From assembly GCA_050701895.1 (NCBI GenBank), contig JBOGFT010000009.1:16186-80185 (forward strand): DNA of 64,000 nt, in the 5' to 3' direction. The stretch is from Acidimicrobiales bacterium (GTDB lineage Bacteria; Actinomycetota; Acidimicrobiia; Acidimicrobiales; RAAP-2). The first letter of the stretch is position 1; every line of letters begins with the position of its first letter. The notes under the pieces are model-generated. The model was not told the DNA's origin and did not search any database. It worked only from the letters and a program-made list of their open reading frames with translations. Positions 39,175 to 48,443 of this stretch are shown here, piece by piece. The translations under genes and the position numbers were made by a program.

Positions 39175-40700
39175 CGATCGTTGTTGGATTAGAACCTCTC
39201 ACCAGAGAGCAACTCATCGCCGTGGCGCGTCGGTTTGAACAGGTCTCGCTCAGCCCCGAGATGTTGGAGCGATTGGCTCGCCAACGTGACGCCATTGACG
39301 CGTTGGTGGATAGTGGCGAGGCAATCTATGGACTTTCCACGGGCTTTGGGTCTCTCGCGACTACGTCGATTTCACCCGAGCGCCGACGAGACCTCCAGCG
39401 TTCCTTGATACGCTCACACGCCGCCGGTGTTGGGCCCGAAGTGGAACTCGAGGTCGTGCGCGCGATGATGGTGTCGCGATTGACCAATCTGTGCAGTGGC
39501 GTGTCGGGCGTGCGACCGTCCACGGCGGAGGCGTATGCGGCAATGATCAACGCCAACATCACCCCGATCGTGCACGAGTTCGGCTCGCTCGGGTGCTCAG
39601 GCGACCTCGCGCCTCTGGCCCACGTGGCCCTGGCGTTGATGGGCGAGGGTGACGTGCGCGACGCCGGGGGCGCGCGGCGACGGGCCATCGACGTACTCAC
39701 CGACGCAGGTCTCGCGCCCGTGGAGCTCGCCGAGAAGGAAGGCCTCGCCCTCATTAACGGCACCGACGGCATGCTCGGAATGCTGATCCTCGCCCTGGAC
39801 GATGCTCTGGCTCTGCTGCAGCAGATGGACCTCGCAGCGTCGCTGTCCATACAGGCGCTCGAGGGCACCGACCAGGTCTTTGCCGCCGAGATTCACCGGC
39901 TGCGTCCCCACCCGGGTCAGCTCGCGAGTGCGCAGAACCTGGCCAACCTGCTCGCGGACTCGCCCATCGTCGCTTCGCACAGTGAGGATCTCAGCCAAGT
40001 CCAAGACGCGTACTCGTTGCGCTGCGCCCCTCAGGTGCACGGCGCCGCGCGCGACACACTGGCTCACGCCACTCGGGTGGCCGACATTGAGCTCGGGGCC
40101 GCGATCGACAATCCTTCGGTCCTCTCTGACGGAACGCTCGCGAGCAATGGCAACTTCCACGGTGCGCCCATCGGCTACGTGCTCGACTTCTTGGCGATCG
40201 CCCTCGCCGATGTGGCCTCGATGTGCGAGCGGCGCACCGACCGACTGCTGGACGTGAATCGCAGTCAAGGCCTGCCGCCGTTCCTCGCTGCCGACCCGGG
40301 CGTGGACTCGGGGCTCATGATCACCCAGTACGCCCAAGCCGGCCTGGTCACCGAGATGAAGCGCCTGGCCTTTCCGGCCAGCGTGGACTCGATTCCCTCC
40401 TCGGGAATGCAGGAGGACCACGTTTCCATGGGTTGGCACGCAGCAAGGAAGCTGCGCACGTCGCTCGACGCCTTTCGCGACGTGCTCGCGATCGAGCTCG
40501 TCGCCAGCGCGCGCGCCCTCGCGTTGCGCGCGCCGCTCGCGGCCTCCCCGGTCACCGATGCGGTTGTCGAAAGAGTGAACGCTCTCACCGGTGGCCCGGG
40601 GCACGACCGGTGGCTGTCGCCCGAAATCGCGGCGGTGAGCGATCTCGTGGCGTCGCGAGAGCTCCTGGATCTAGCGTCACGCTTTGTGACCTTGCACTAA
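39171..40700 (+). CDS. hutH: histidine ammonia-lyase
   Basis: The MIO region GSLGCSGDLAPLAH, QDAYSLRCAPQVHGA and NGNFHGAP match the aromatic amino acid lyase family. hut gene context. Confidence 0.93.
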   Translation: MTIVVGLEPLTREQLIAVARRFEQVSLSPEMLERLARQRDAIDALVDSGEAIYGLSTGFGSLATTSISPERRRDLQRSLIRSHAAGVGPEVELEVVRAMMVSRLTNLCSGVSGVRPSTAEAYAAMINANITPIVHEFGSLGCSGDLAPLAHVALALMGEGDVRDAGGARRRAIDVLTDAGLAPVELAEKEGLALINGTDGMLGMLILALDDALALLQQMDLAASLSIQALEGTDQVFAAEIHRLRPHPGQLASAQNLANLLADSPIVASHSEDLSQVQDAYSLRCAPQVHGAARDTLAHATRVADIELGAAIDNPSVLSDGTLASNGNFHGAPIGYVLDFLAIALADVASMCERRTDRLLDVNRSQGLPPFLAADPGVDSGLMITQYAQAGLVTEMKRLAFPASVDSIPSSGMQEDHVSMGWHAARKLRTSLDAFRDVLAIELVASARALALRAPLAASPVTDAVVERVNALTGGPGHDRWLSPEIAAVSDLVASRELLDLASRFVTLH

Positions 40701-40880
40701 TGACCCCGCTCACGACTGGCACAGCGTCGCTCTAGTGCGCACCCTGACGACACTGTAAACCGACGAGTTGACGTCAGTCGGATGACCGAATGGTGCCGAC
40801 CTACCCGCGAGGCGCCACGGACCTGTTGACTCGGAAAGGTCAAAGTTGGACTCGTCGCCCTCGCGCGGTCGCCCGGCAGG

Positions 40881-41612
40881 TCAAACGGTGGTGCCGCGGC
40901 GTTGTTCGATCGCGGCAAACGTTGGTACCATTCGCTCAACCGTCCAATCCAGCATTCGTACGGCCACCACTTCGGCGAGTGAGTGGTCACGAGTACTGCA
41001 TGCCAGGTAGAAATCACGCTGGCCCTGAAGGTCGTCGAGCAGGCTACCGCCCTCTGTCAAAACGAGGTGGAAATATCGCTCGGCTTGTCGGCGATACGCC
41101 TGGGTTTCCCGAAAGAGTCGTGGGTTGTCGGAGGCGCGATAACAGACTTCGTGCATGTCCCACTCGGTCTTCAAATACAGGTCAACGTCGGGATCGCGAT
41201 CTGACACGATCTCCTCGATCATGTTCAGGCACATGCGCATCGCGTCAATGTCTTCGTTGGTCAAGCGCTGTGTGCCGAGTCGGGCAGCAGCCCCCTCTAG
41301 ACAACGTCGAACGGCGTAAATATCTTGAAAGTCACTCGTAGAGAGTGGGGCGACTTTGCAGGTTCGTCGGTTCTCTTGGATGACGAAGCCATCGGCGGCG
41401 AGCCGTTCAAGCGCCATACGAACTGGGGTAGTGCTCACACCTAGCTCGCGCGCAAGATCGTTCAATCGCAGAGAGAGTCCGGGAGGAACCTTTCCCGACA
41501 TGATCAGGTTTCGAAGGTACGAGTAGACGCCATCGGTAACTGACGTTGCCTGGAATACGGGAGATGCTGGAATTGGCTCTTCGACGGCCGAATTTTGGTT
41601 GCGCGCTTCCAA
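40881..41612 (-). CDS. GntR-family transcriptional regulator (FadR/FCD subfamily)
   Basis: The winged-HTH LNDLARELGVSTTPVRMALERLAADGFV is followed by an all-helical FCD-like C-domain. The TTG start is preceded by GAAGAGGA. Confidence 0.85.
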   Translation of the reverse strand: MEARNQNSAVEEPIPASPVFQATSVTDGVYSYLRNLIMSGKVPPGLSLRLNDLARELGVSTTPVRMALERLAADGFVIQENRRTCKVAPLSTSDFQDIYAVRRCLEGAAARLGTQRLTNEDIDAMRMCLNMIEEIVSDRDPDVDLYLKTEWDMHEVCYRASDNPRLFRETQAYRRQAERYFHLVLTEGGSLLDDLQGQRDFYLACSTRDHSLAEVVAVRMLDWTVERMVPTFAAIEQRRGTTV

Positions 41613-41739
41613 GAATCCTCTTCTCCCGACCTAGCGCAAAGACTAGTAGAACTTGCGTGATCAAAAGCAAAAAATAAAAAACTGTTGATTTCTGATGTTA
41701 GTTGTGGTTACAATTACGAGTCGCGTGAGGGGGTTGACG
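41613..41739. promoter_or_regulatory. AT-rich divergent promoter region with candidate GntR-type operator TTGTGGTTACAA (41702-41713)
   Basis: This is the most AT-rich stretch in the window (..caaaagcaaaaaataaaaaactgttgatttctgatgtta..). The TTGT-N4-ACAA arms fit the generic GntR-family T.GT..AC.A half-site logic. It lies between the regulator and the divergent hydrolase/permease genes. Confidence 0.4.
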
Positions 41740-42951
41740 GTGACAAAGGGGAAATCATCGCTGACCGACGTCGGCCGACCCTTCGATCCAACTGTGGAAA
41801 CGTCGCCGCGGGGGGCGAATGACGACTGGCTTGAGCCGAGGAATCACGCGTGGGCTTTCCATCACTTCGACAGGGTGGTTTCCACGACCCCTATCAGGCG
41901 CGGCATTGGGGCGATTTTGGCGCTCGACGAGGAGCTGCTTCCAATCGGAAAAGCACAGCTGAATATATGGGGCTCGTCCGTGTCGCTTACAGAATTCCTG
42001 GATGGCACATCAACCGATGCCTTCCTAGTGGTGCACGCGGGGCGCATCGTGTTTGAGCGATACTTCGGTGACGGCGGTCCTGACACGCGCCATGTCCTCA
42101 TGTCAGTCTCTAAATCCATCGGTGCGATGGCTGCGGGCTGTCTTGTCACCGATGGCTTACTCGAGCTCTCCGAAAGCGTCTCTTTTTTGGTTCCAGAACT
42201 CGCGACCTCCGCATATGGTTCAGCGTCGATTTCCCAATTGCTGGACATGACCGCGGCGCTTCGCTTTAGTCAGGAATACGAAGATCCCACCTCTGAGGTG
42301 CAGGCCCAGGATCGCGCGGCCGGTTGGCGTCCGCGCATCGACGGTGACGCAGAAGATTCCCGATCGTTTTTGGCGACGCTTAGGCCTGCTGGGAACCATG
42401 GCGAAGAGTTTCAATATTGTTCGGCGACGACTGACGTGTTGGCGTGGGTGCTGGAGCGCGCAGCGAAAACTCACTACGGCGAACTCTTGAGCGACCGCGT
42501 GTGGTCGCGCATTGGTGCCGAGAACGATGCGATTGTGAGCGTTGATAGGGCGGGTAACCCATACGCATGCGCGGGAATTGCTGCAACCGCGCGTGACCTC
42601 GTTCGCTTTGGACTCTGCGTACTCGATGACCGCCGAGCCCTCGGCGCACAGGTTTTTTCTTCCGCCTTGATTGACGCGACGCGACACGGAGGTTCACGCG
42701 CAGCGATTGAGGGTCATGCCGACTTTGCTGCGCTGCACGATGCGGGAACGTATCGGAACCAGTGGTGGGTGACTGGCGACGAGCGCGGGACCCTTATCGC
42801 GCGTGGAATATTTGGCCAATACCTGTGGTTGGACCCGCTGAACGATGTAGCCATCGTTAAGTTCTCCAGTCAGCCGGGTCCGCTGGACGACTACGTCGCG
42901 CACGATGTCGCGCTCGCCCAGATCAGCACTCTCGTCGCGGAGTCCCGATGA
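41740..42951 (+). CDS. beta-lactamase-fold serine hydrolase
   Basis: The SxxK nucleophile motif occurs in LMSVSKSIGAMAAG, with an overall class C/esterase-like pattern. GTG 41740 is preceded by GAGGGGG. The track ORF start ATG 41695 lies in the AT-rich promoter. Confidence 0.8.
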   Translation: MTKGKSSLTDVGRPFDPTVETSPRGANDDWLEPRNHAWAFHHFDRVVSTTPIRRGIGAILALDEELLPIGKAQLNIWGSSVSLTEFLDGTSTDAFLVVHAGRIVFERYFGDGGPDTRHVLMSVSKSIGAMAAGCLVTDGLLELSESVSFLVPELATSAYGSASISQLLDMTAALRFSQEYEDPTSEVQAQDRAAGWRPRIDGDAEDSRSFLATLRPAGNHGEEFQYCSATTDVLAWVLERAAKTHYGELLSDRVWSRIGAENDAIVSVDRAGNPYACAGIAATARDLVRFGLCVLDDRRALGAQVFSSALIDATRHGGSRAAIEGHADFAALHDAGTYRNQWWVTGDERGTLIARGIFGQYLWLDPLNDVAIVKFSSQPGPLDDYVAHDVALAQISTLVAESR

Positions 42952-43051
42952 CGGCGCCCGCAGAGCCCGGGTCCGAGTGTATGAGTCGTGCATTCGGTGA
43001 GGGCGAACTAGTCAATGCACGACCCACGAAATACGTCCTCGACCAAGGAGA

Positions 43052-44452
43052 ATGATGATGGCGAATCAGTCGGACAATGCGATGGCTTTGGAGCAACGCT
43101 CCATTGATTACATTCCAGCGGACGAGCGTCACGGCAAGCCGTGGCACTTGTTTACGTTGTGGTTCCCTAGCAACCTTCAAATAAACGCCCTAGTGACCGG
43201 GGCATTAGCCGTCTTCTTTGGACTTAGCTTGCCGTGGGCGATTTTTTCCATCATCGTCGGAAATCTCGTTGGCGCGTTGTTTATGGCCTATCACTCGGTG
43301 CAGGGACCTCGACTTGGCGTGCCCCAAATGATTCAAAGTAGGGCGCAGTTTGGCTTCTTCGGCAATATTCTTCCGGTCATCATCGTGGTGCTGATGTACC
43401 TCGGCTTCGCGGTTGAAGGTGGGGTGGTGGTGGGCGCCGCCCTCGCCGCGTGGATTCACATCTCACGAGACTTGGGCATCGTCATCTTCAACGTGATACT
43501 TCTCTTGATCGCGCTCGTTGGTTACAACTTGATTCATGCCGCGAGCCGCATCATCTCGGTGATCTCGGCGGTTGCCTTTGTCGCTCTTTTCATCCAACTA
43601 GTCACACATCTGCCGGCTAACTACAAGGGGACGGCGGATACTGCGGGGACTGTGCTTCTGGCGATTTCAGTGTTTGTCTCGTGGCAGGTGACGTGGGCAC
43701 CGTACGTTTCCGACTATTCGCGTTATCTTCCCGAAAGCACCCCCGCGCGCACCACTTTCTTCTATACGTACTTCGGTTCCGTAATTGGCGCCACGGTGGT
43801 CATGGTGATTGGCGCGTTCGCGGCGGTGGTGAACGGTGCTGCCGTCAACGCGAACGCCATTGGCTTTCTAGGTCATCGCATTTCGGGTATCAGCGCTCTG
43901 ATGATCCTCGCGCTCTTGATCGGTCTTTTGCCCGCCGGAGCTGAAGGTCCCTACGGTGCCTTTCTCACGGCGTGGAGCGCCATCTCACCAAATGGGAGGG
44001 TTGACACGTCCTCGGTCAAGGTGCGCGCACTCTTCGTCACTGTGTTTACGGTGATTGCAACAGTGCTGGCAATACTTGCGGGGAGCCATCTGCTCACGAC
44101 GTTTGAGAATATTACGCTCTTTCTTCTGTACCTCCTCGTGCCCTGGACCGCGATCAATCTGACCGACTACTACTTCGTCAGGCGCGGGAACTACGACATT
44201 GGTGAGTTGTTCAAGGTGGACGGTGAGTATCGGAGGTGCAATTGGGGTGTTCTCGCGATCTACGTCGTTTCAATCGGCGTGGAGATTCCCTTCGTGAATA
44301 GCAGTATTTACGTTGGTCCCTTGGTTAGTCATCTCGGAGGGGCCGACATTGCCTGGATCGTTGGCATAATCGTGTCGAGCATCTTGTACTACGCGTACGC
44401 GCGAGCAACCCACTTGACGCGGGCCAAGACACTGATTCCGCTGTCGACGTGA
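43052..44452 (+). CDS. NCS1-family (purine-cytosine/hydantoin type) permease
   Basis: RSIDYIPADERHGKPWHLFTLWFPSNLQINALVTGAL and about 12 TM helices match the family. AAGGAG lies upstream of the ATG. Confidence 0.85.
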   Translation: MMMANQSDNAMALEQRSIDYIPADERHGKPWHLFTLWFPSNLQINALVTGALAVFFGLSLPWAIFSIIVGNLVGALFMAYHSVQGPRLGVPQMIQSRAQFGFFGNILPVIIVVLMYLGFAVEGGVVVGAALAAWIHISRDLGIVIFNVILLLIALVGYNLIHAASRIISVISAVAFVALFIQLVTHLPANYKGTADTAGTVLLAISVFVSWQVTWAPYVSDYSRYLPESTPARTTFFYTYFGSVIGATVVMVIGAFAAVVNGAAVNANAIGFLGHRISGISALMILALLIGLLPAGAEGPYGAFLTAWSAISPNGRVDTSSVKVRALFVTVFTVIATVLAILAGSHLLTTFENITLFLLYLLVPWTAINLTDYYFVRRGNYDIGELFKVDGEYRRCNWGVLAIYVVSIGVEIPFVNSSIYVGPLVSHLGGADIAWIVGIIVSSILYYAYARATHLTRAKTLIPLST

Positions 44453-44504
44453 CGGACTTGCCTAACGTAAGCGATCGCGCGCCATAGCACATACTGTGGT
44501 ACGA

Positions 44505-44531
44505 GTCGAGCCCGGCTCTGCTGGGCTCGAC
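44505..44531 (+). terminator. stem-loop downstream of permease gene (GTCGAGCCC-N9-GGGCTCGAC)
   Basis: Perfect 9-bp GC-rich inverted repeat with a 9-nt loop, 52 nt after the permease stop. No U-tract follows. Confidence 0.45.
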
Positions 44532-44581
44532 GTGACTCCCACTACGACTGTCGTTTCACTGCACTAAATCAAGGAGAAGGT

Positions 44582-46240
44582 ATGGAAGGTTCCCGTCTCG
44601 TTCGAGCGAAGCGCGGAATCGAACTCGACGCTCTCGGCTGGCCCCAAGAGGCAGCGTTGCGCATGCTGTCGAACAATCTCGACCCCGAGGTCGCCGAACG
44701 CCCCGACGACCTCGTCGTCTATGGCGGCACGGGCAAGGCCGCGCGCGACTGGCGCAGCTTCGACGCCCTCGTGCGCACGCTCGCGTCACTGAAGGCCGAC
44801 GAGACGATGCTCGTGCAGTCGGGGCGGCCGATCGGCGTGCTCTCGACTCACGAGTGGGCGCCACGAGTGCTCATCGCCAACTCCAACCTTGTGCCTGACT
44901 GGGCCACCTGGCCGGAGTTCCGTCGCCTCGAGGCGCTCGGTCTCACGATGTACGGCCAGATGACGGCGGGCTCGTGGATCTACATCGGCACCCAGGGGAT
45001 CTTGCAGGGAACCTATGAGACCTTCGCCGCAGTCGCGACGAAGCGCTTTGGCGGCACCCTCGCGGGCACCCTCACCGTGACGGGTGGCGCTGGAGGGATG
45101 GGTGGCGCCCAGCCGCTGGCTGTGACCATGAACGACGGGGTCTGCCTCTGCGTGGACGTCGACCCGACGCGTTTGCAACGCCGAGTCGACCAGCGCTACC
45201 TCGATGAGTGGACGAGTGACCTGGACGGCGCCATCGCGAAAGTACTGGAGGCGAAGAAGAATCGCGCGGCCCTCAGCGTGGGACTCCTCGGGAACGCCGC
45301 GACGATCCTGCCCGAGTTGCTGCGCCGCGGCGTCGAGGTCGACATCGTGACCGATCAGACCTCCGCCCACGACCCCCTCAGCTACCTTCCCGAGGACATC
45401 GATCTCAACGACTGGCACGATTACGCGAACAAGAAGCCCGAGGAGTTCACCGATCGCGCGCGCGCCTCGATTGTGCGCCACGTCGAGGCGCTGGTGGGCT
45501 TCATGGACGAGGGTGCCGAAGTATTCGATTATGGGAACTCGCTGCGTGGGGAGGCGCAACTGGGGGGATACGCGCGGGCCTTTGACTATCCCGGCTTCGT
45601 CCCGGCCTACATTCGACCGCTCTTTTGCGAGGGCAAGGGTCCCTTCCGCTGGGCCGCTCTGTCGGGCGACCCCGCAGACATCGCGGCGACTGATCAAGCC
45701 GTGCTCAACCTCTTTCCCGAGAACGAGCTCCTGCGGCGCTGGATCACCAAGGCCCAAGATCGCGTGGCGTTCCAAGGGCTGCCCGCGCGGATCTGCTGGC
45801 TCGGGTACCAGGAGCGTGACAAGGCGGGCGTCGCCTTCAACGACCTTGTGGCCTCGGGTGCGGTGAAGGCGCCGCTGGTGATTGGTCGTGACCACCTCGA
45901 TAGTGGCTCGGTCGCCTCGCCCTACCGCGAGACCGAGGCCATGCTCGACGGATCGGACGCGATCGCCGACTGGCCGTTGCTCAACGCGCTCGTCAATACC
46001 GCCTCGGGTGCCACGTGGGTCTCGATCCACCACGGTGGCGGCGTGGGCATCGGCCGGTCCATTCACGCCGGCCAGGTCTGCGTGGCTGACGGCAGCGCCC
46101 TCGCCGGGGAGAAGTTGCGTCGGGTTCTCACCAACGACCCCGCGATGGGCGTGCTACGCCACGTGGACGCGGGGTACGACATCGCCGAAGAGAAGGCCGA
46201 GGCAACCGGGCTGCGCGTCCCGATGCGCGAAGGACCGTGA
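44582..46240 (+). CDS. hutU: urocanate hydratase
   Basis: [45 protein letters not shown] and HHGGGVGIG match urocanase. AAGGAG lies before the ATG. Confidence 0.96.
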   Translation: MEGSRLVRAKRGIELDALGWPQEAALRMLSNNLDPEVAERPDDLVVYGGTGKAARDWRSFDALVRTLASLKADETMLVQSGRPIGVLSTHEWAPRVLIANSNLVPDWATWPEFRRLEALGLTMYGQMTAGSWIYIGTQGILQGTYETFAAVATKRFGGTLAGTLTVTGGAGGMGGAQPLAVTMNDGVCLCVDVDPTRLQRRVDQRYLDEWTSDLDGAIAKVLEAKKNRAALSVGLLGNAATILPELLRRGVEVDIVTDQTSAHDPLSYLPEDIDLNDWHDYANKKPEEFTDRARASIVRHVEALVGFMDEGAEVFDYGNSLRGEAQLGGYARAFDYPGFVPAYIRPLFCEGKGPFRWAALSGDPADIAATDQAVLNLFPENELLRRWITKAQDRVAFQGLPARICWLGYQERDKAGVAFNDLVASGAVKAPLVIGRDHLDSGSVASPYRETEAMLDGSDAIADWPLLNALVNTASGATWVSIHHGGGVGIGRSIHAGQVCVADGSALAGEKLRRVLTNDPAMGVLRHVDAGYDIAEEKAEATGLRVPMREGP

Positions 46241-47403
46241 CCACACGGGTCATCGGCAACGTCGGTGAACTGACGACGAACGAGCCGACGCTCGGGGACG
46301 AAACAGCTCTCGGGCGACTGCAGGACGCGGCGTTCGTCGTGGACGACGATCAAGTCCTATGGGTGGGACGCAACGGCGAGGCGCCCGACGCCGACGAGAT
46401 GCTCGACGCAAAAGGAGCCGCCGTCATTCCCGGTTTCGTCGACTCTCACACCCACCTGATCTTCGCGGGCGAGCGCAGTGACGAGTTCGAGGCGCGCATG
46501 GCGGGAAAGCGCTATGACGGAGGCGGCATCGCGCGAACCGTGGCCGCGACTCGTGCGGCGTCGCTCGACGACTTGCGCGAGGGTGCGCGCCAACGTGTCG
46601 GCGAGCTCCACGCGGGCGGCGTCACCACCATAGAGATCAAGTCGGGATACGAGCTCACGACGGAGGGCGAAGTACGCTGCCTCGACGTCGCGGGCGAGTT
46701 CACGCCCGAGCGCACGTGGCTCGGCGCGCACGTGGTCCCTCGCGAGTTCGCATCTGATCGTGACGGCTACATCTCATTGCTGAGGACGTCGATGCTCGAC
46801 GCGTGCGCGCCGCACGCGAAGTGGGCCGATGTGTTCTGTGATCGTGGCGCCTTCAGCGTCGATGAGGCGCGCGCGATTCTCCAAAGCGCCCGAACCAGGG
46901 GTCTGGCCCCGCGGCTGCACGCCAACCAACTGGCCCACAGCGGGGCCATCGCACTCGCGGTCGATCTCGACTGCGCCAGCGTTGACCACTGCACCTACCT
47001 CGAAGACCGTGATATCGATCTGCTGTCCGCGTCGGCGACGGTCGCGACGTTACTGCCCGGCGCGGAGTTCTCGACGCGGTCGCCCTACCCTTCGGCGCGA
47101 GAGCTTCTTGATGCGGGGGCCACGGTGGCCCTCGCGACCGACTGCAACCCCGGGTCCTCCTACGTGACCAGCATGGCGTTCGTCATCGCTCTGGCGGTAG
47201 GCGAGATGGCCATGACCGTCGACGAAGCGTTGTGGGCCGCGACCAAGGGCGGGGCGCTGGCCCTGCGCCGAGACGACGTCGGCCATCTCGGCGTGGGCGC
47301 GTGCGCGAACTTCGCGATTCTCGACGCGCCGCGGGCCGCGCACCTCGCGTATCGCCCGGGGGCCCAACTGGTGGCCTCGACGCATCGTGCCGCGACGACG
47401 TAG
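46237..47403 (+). CDS. hutI: imidazolonepropionase
   Basis: [27 protein letters not shown] and ATDCNPGSS match the amidohydrolase-fold HutI. GTGA overlap with hutU. Confidence 0.94.
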   Translation: MTTRVIGNVGELTTNEPTLGDETALGRLQDAAFVVDDDQVLWVGRNGEAPDADEMLDAKGAAVIPGFVDSHTHLIFAGERSDEFEARMAGKRYDGGGIARTVAATRAASLDDLREGARQRVGELHAGGVTTIEIKSGYELTTEGEVRCLDVAGEFTPERTWLGAHVVPREFASDRDGYISLLRTSMLDACAPHAKWADVFCDRGAFSVDEARAILQSARTRGLAPRLHANQLAHSGAIALAVDLDCASVDHCTYLEDRDIDLLSASATVATLLPGAEFSTRSPYPSARELLDAGATVALATDCNPGSSYVTSMAFVIALAVGEMAMTVDEALWAATKGGALALRRDDVGHLGVGACANFAILDAPRAAHLAYRPGAQLVASTHRAATT

Positions 47404-47483
47404 GGCGTGGCGTTCTCGCGCACGGAGTTGTCGGTTGCCTAGATCCAGATCGACGTGAGCGCGTCTCCCGGTACGCTTCCAAG

Positions 47484-47834
47484 GTGTTCGAGATATCCAA
47501 TGAGCGATTCGAGGAGTTGGCCGCCCAGGCGGTGGCGAGCCTGCCCGGAGAACTGTCGGCCGAGATCGACAACGTGGCCATCGTGGTCGAGGATGAGGCG
47601 CGCGGTCGATCACTCTTTGGGCTCTACGAGGGCATTCCCCTGACGAAGCGCGGCGGACGCACCAGCTACGCCGGCGTGCTTCCCGACCGCATCACGCTGT
47701 ACCAAAAGACCATATGTCGATACTGCAGCTCCGAGGCCGAGGTGAAGTCTCAGATTCGAAAGACCGTAATTCACGAGATCGCCCACCACTTTGGCATCAG
47801 CGACCCTCGACTCGAAGAGCTCGGCTGGGCGTAG
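47484..47834 (+). CDS. small zincin-like metallopeptidase-family protein (DUF1025/Zincin_1-like)
   Basis: The 116-aa core from GTG 47484 carries NVAIVVEDE and HEIAHHFG (HExxH) near the C-terminus. The longer track ORF start at 47232 overlaps hutI and adds Arg/Gly-rich sequence. Confidence 0.75.
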   Translation: MFEISNERFEELAAQAVASLPGELSAEIDNVAIVVEDEARGRSLFGLYEGIPLTKRGGRTSYAGVLPDRITLYQKTICRYCSSEAEVKSQIRKTVIHEIAHHFGISDPRLEELGWA

Positions 47835-47836
47835 CG

Positions 47837-48289
47837 GTGACTACGAAGACTCGGTTGTACTTCGACGAGGATCGCCGTGACGCGATCCTCGCCCTTGATT
47901 CCATCGCGCAGGGACTCGGCTGGTGCAACGTGCTGCCGCGCATCGCGGACGACGTGCCCGGCATCAAAGTCAACTTCCTCGGCTGGACCAATCATGGCAA
48001 CGTCCAGGCTTCGTTCGTCACGTCGCCCCCCCGTCACGGCGAGGCGCAGACCTCGTCACTGGGCGTCTTGCATTCACGTGGTCGATTGAGCCGCGATCGA
48101 ATCAGGTCGATGTTGCGTGGCGCGCCGTTTCCTATTCGCCAGGACCACGCACAGCGGGGCTTTCTGCTCATCGTGCCGCCCACGACTTCGTCGTCGGAGG
48201 TGCTGGAGGTCATGTGTTCGCTCACCACCGAGCTGTGCGACTACGAGATGACGGGCGGCTGGCGACTGGAAATGTACACTCGCGCGTAA
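47837..48289 (+). CDS. hypothetical protein
   Basis: 150 aa from GTG 47837, 2 nt after the previous stop. It has no recognisable motif. The upstream part of track ORF 47714.. overlaps the preceding gene. Confidence 0.5.
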   Translation: MTTKTRLYFDEDRRDAILALDSIAQGLGWCNVLPRIADDVPGIKVNFLGWTNHGNVQASFVTSPPRHGEAQTSSLGVLHSRGRLSRDRIRSMLRGAPFPIRQDHAQRGFLLIVPPTTSSSEVLEVMCSLTTELCDYEMTGGWRLEMYTRA

Positions 48290-48443
48290 GTCGAGGGTCG
48301 CCCCGCCGAGGATCGATGGATAGTTGTCGTTCACCAGTGTCGACTGTCCAGCGCGATTCCCTTGGAAAGCGATTTTGCAGGTAGCGCGAATCGCCGGGTG
48401 ACCCGAGGCTCAAATGCGGCCGACCAACCCCTAAAGTGCTCCT

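Noticed and set aside
39594-39602. The HutH MIO-forming tripeptide is Cys-Ser-Gly rather than the textbook Ala-Ser-Gly
   Set aside because: The Ser-Gly needed for MIO formation is intact, and the first position is known to vary in this lyase/aminomutase family. I believe CSG occurs in other actinobacterial HutH proteins, so it is not treated as novel.
40769-40776. TGACGTCA 8-bp palindrome in the hutH/GntR convergent spacer
   Set aside because: It is short and isolated, lies between two 3' ends, and the flanks do not extend the symmetry. It is most likely chance.
40701-40880. I looked for direct repeats or att-like sequences flanking the low-GC cassette, comparing 40701-40880 with 44453-44581, and for an integrase
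   Set aside because: Only trivial 6-7-nt matches (for example ACGACTG) were found. There is no integrase, transposase or tRNA gene, so no mobile-element call is made.
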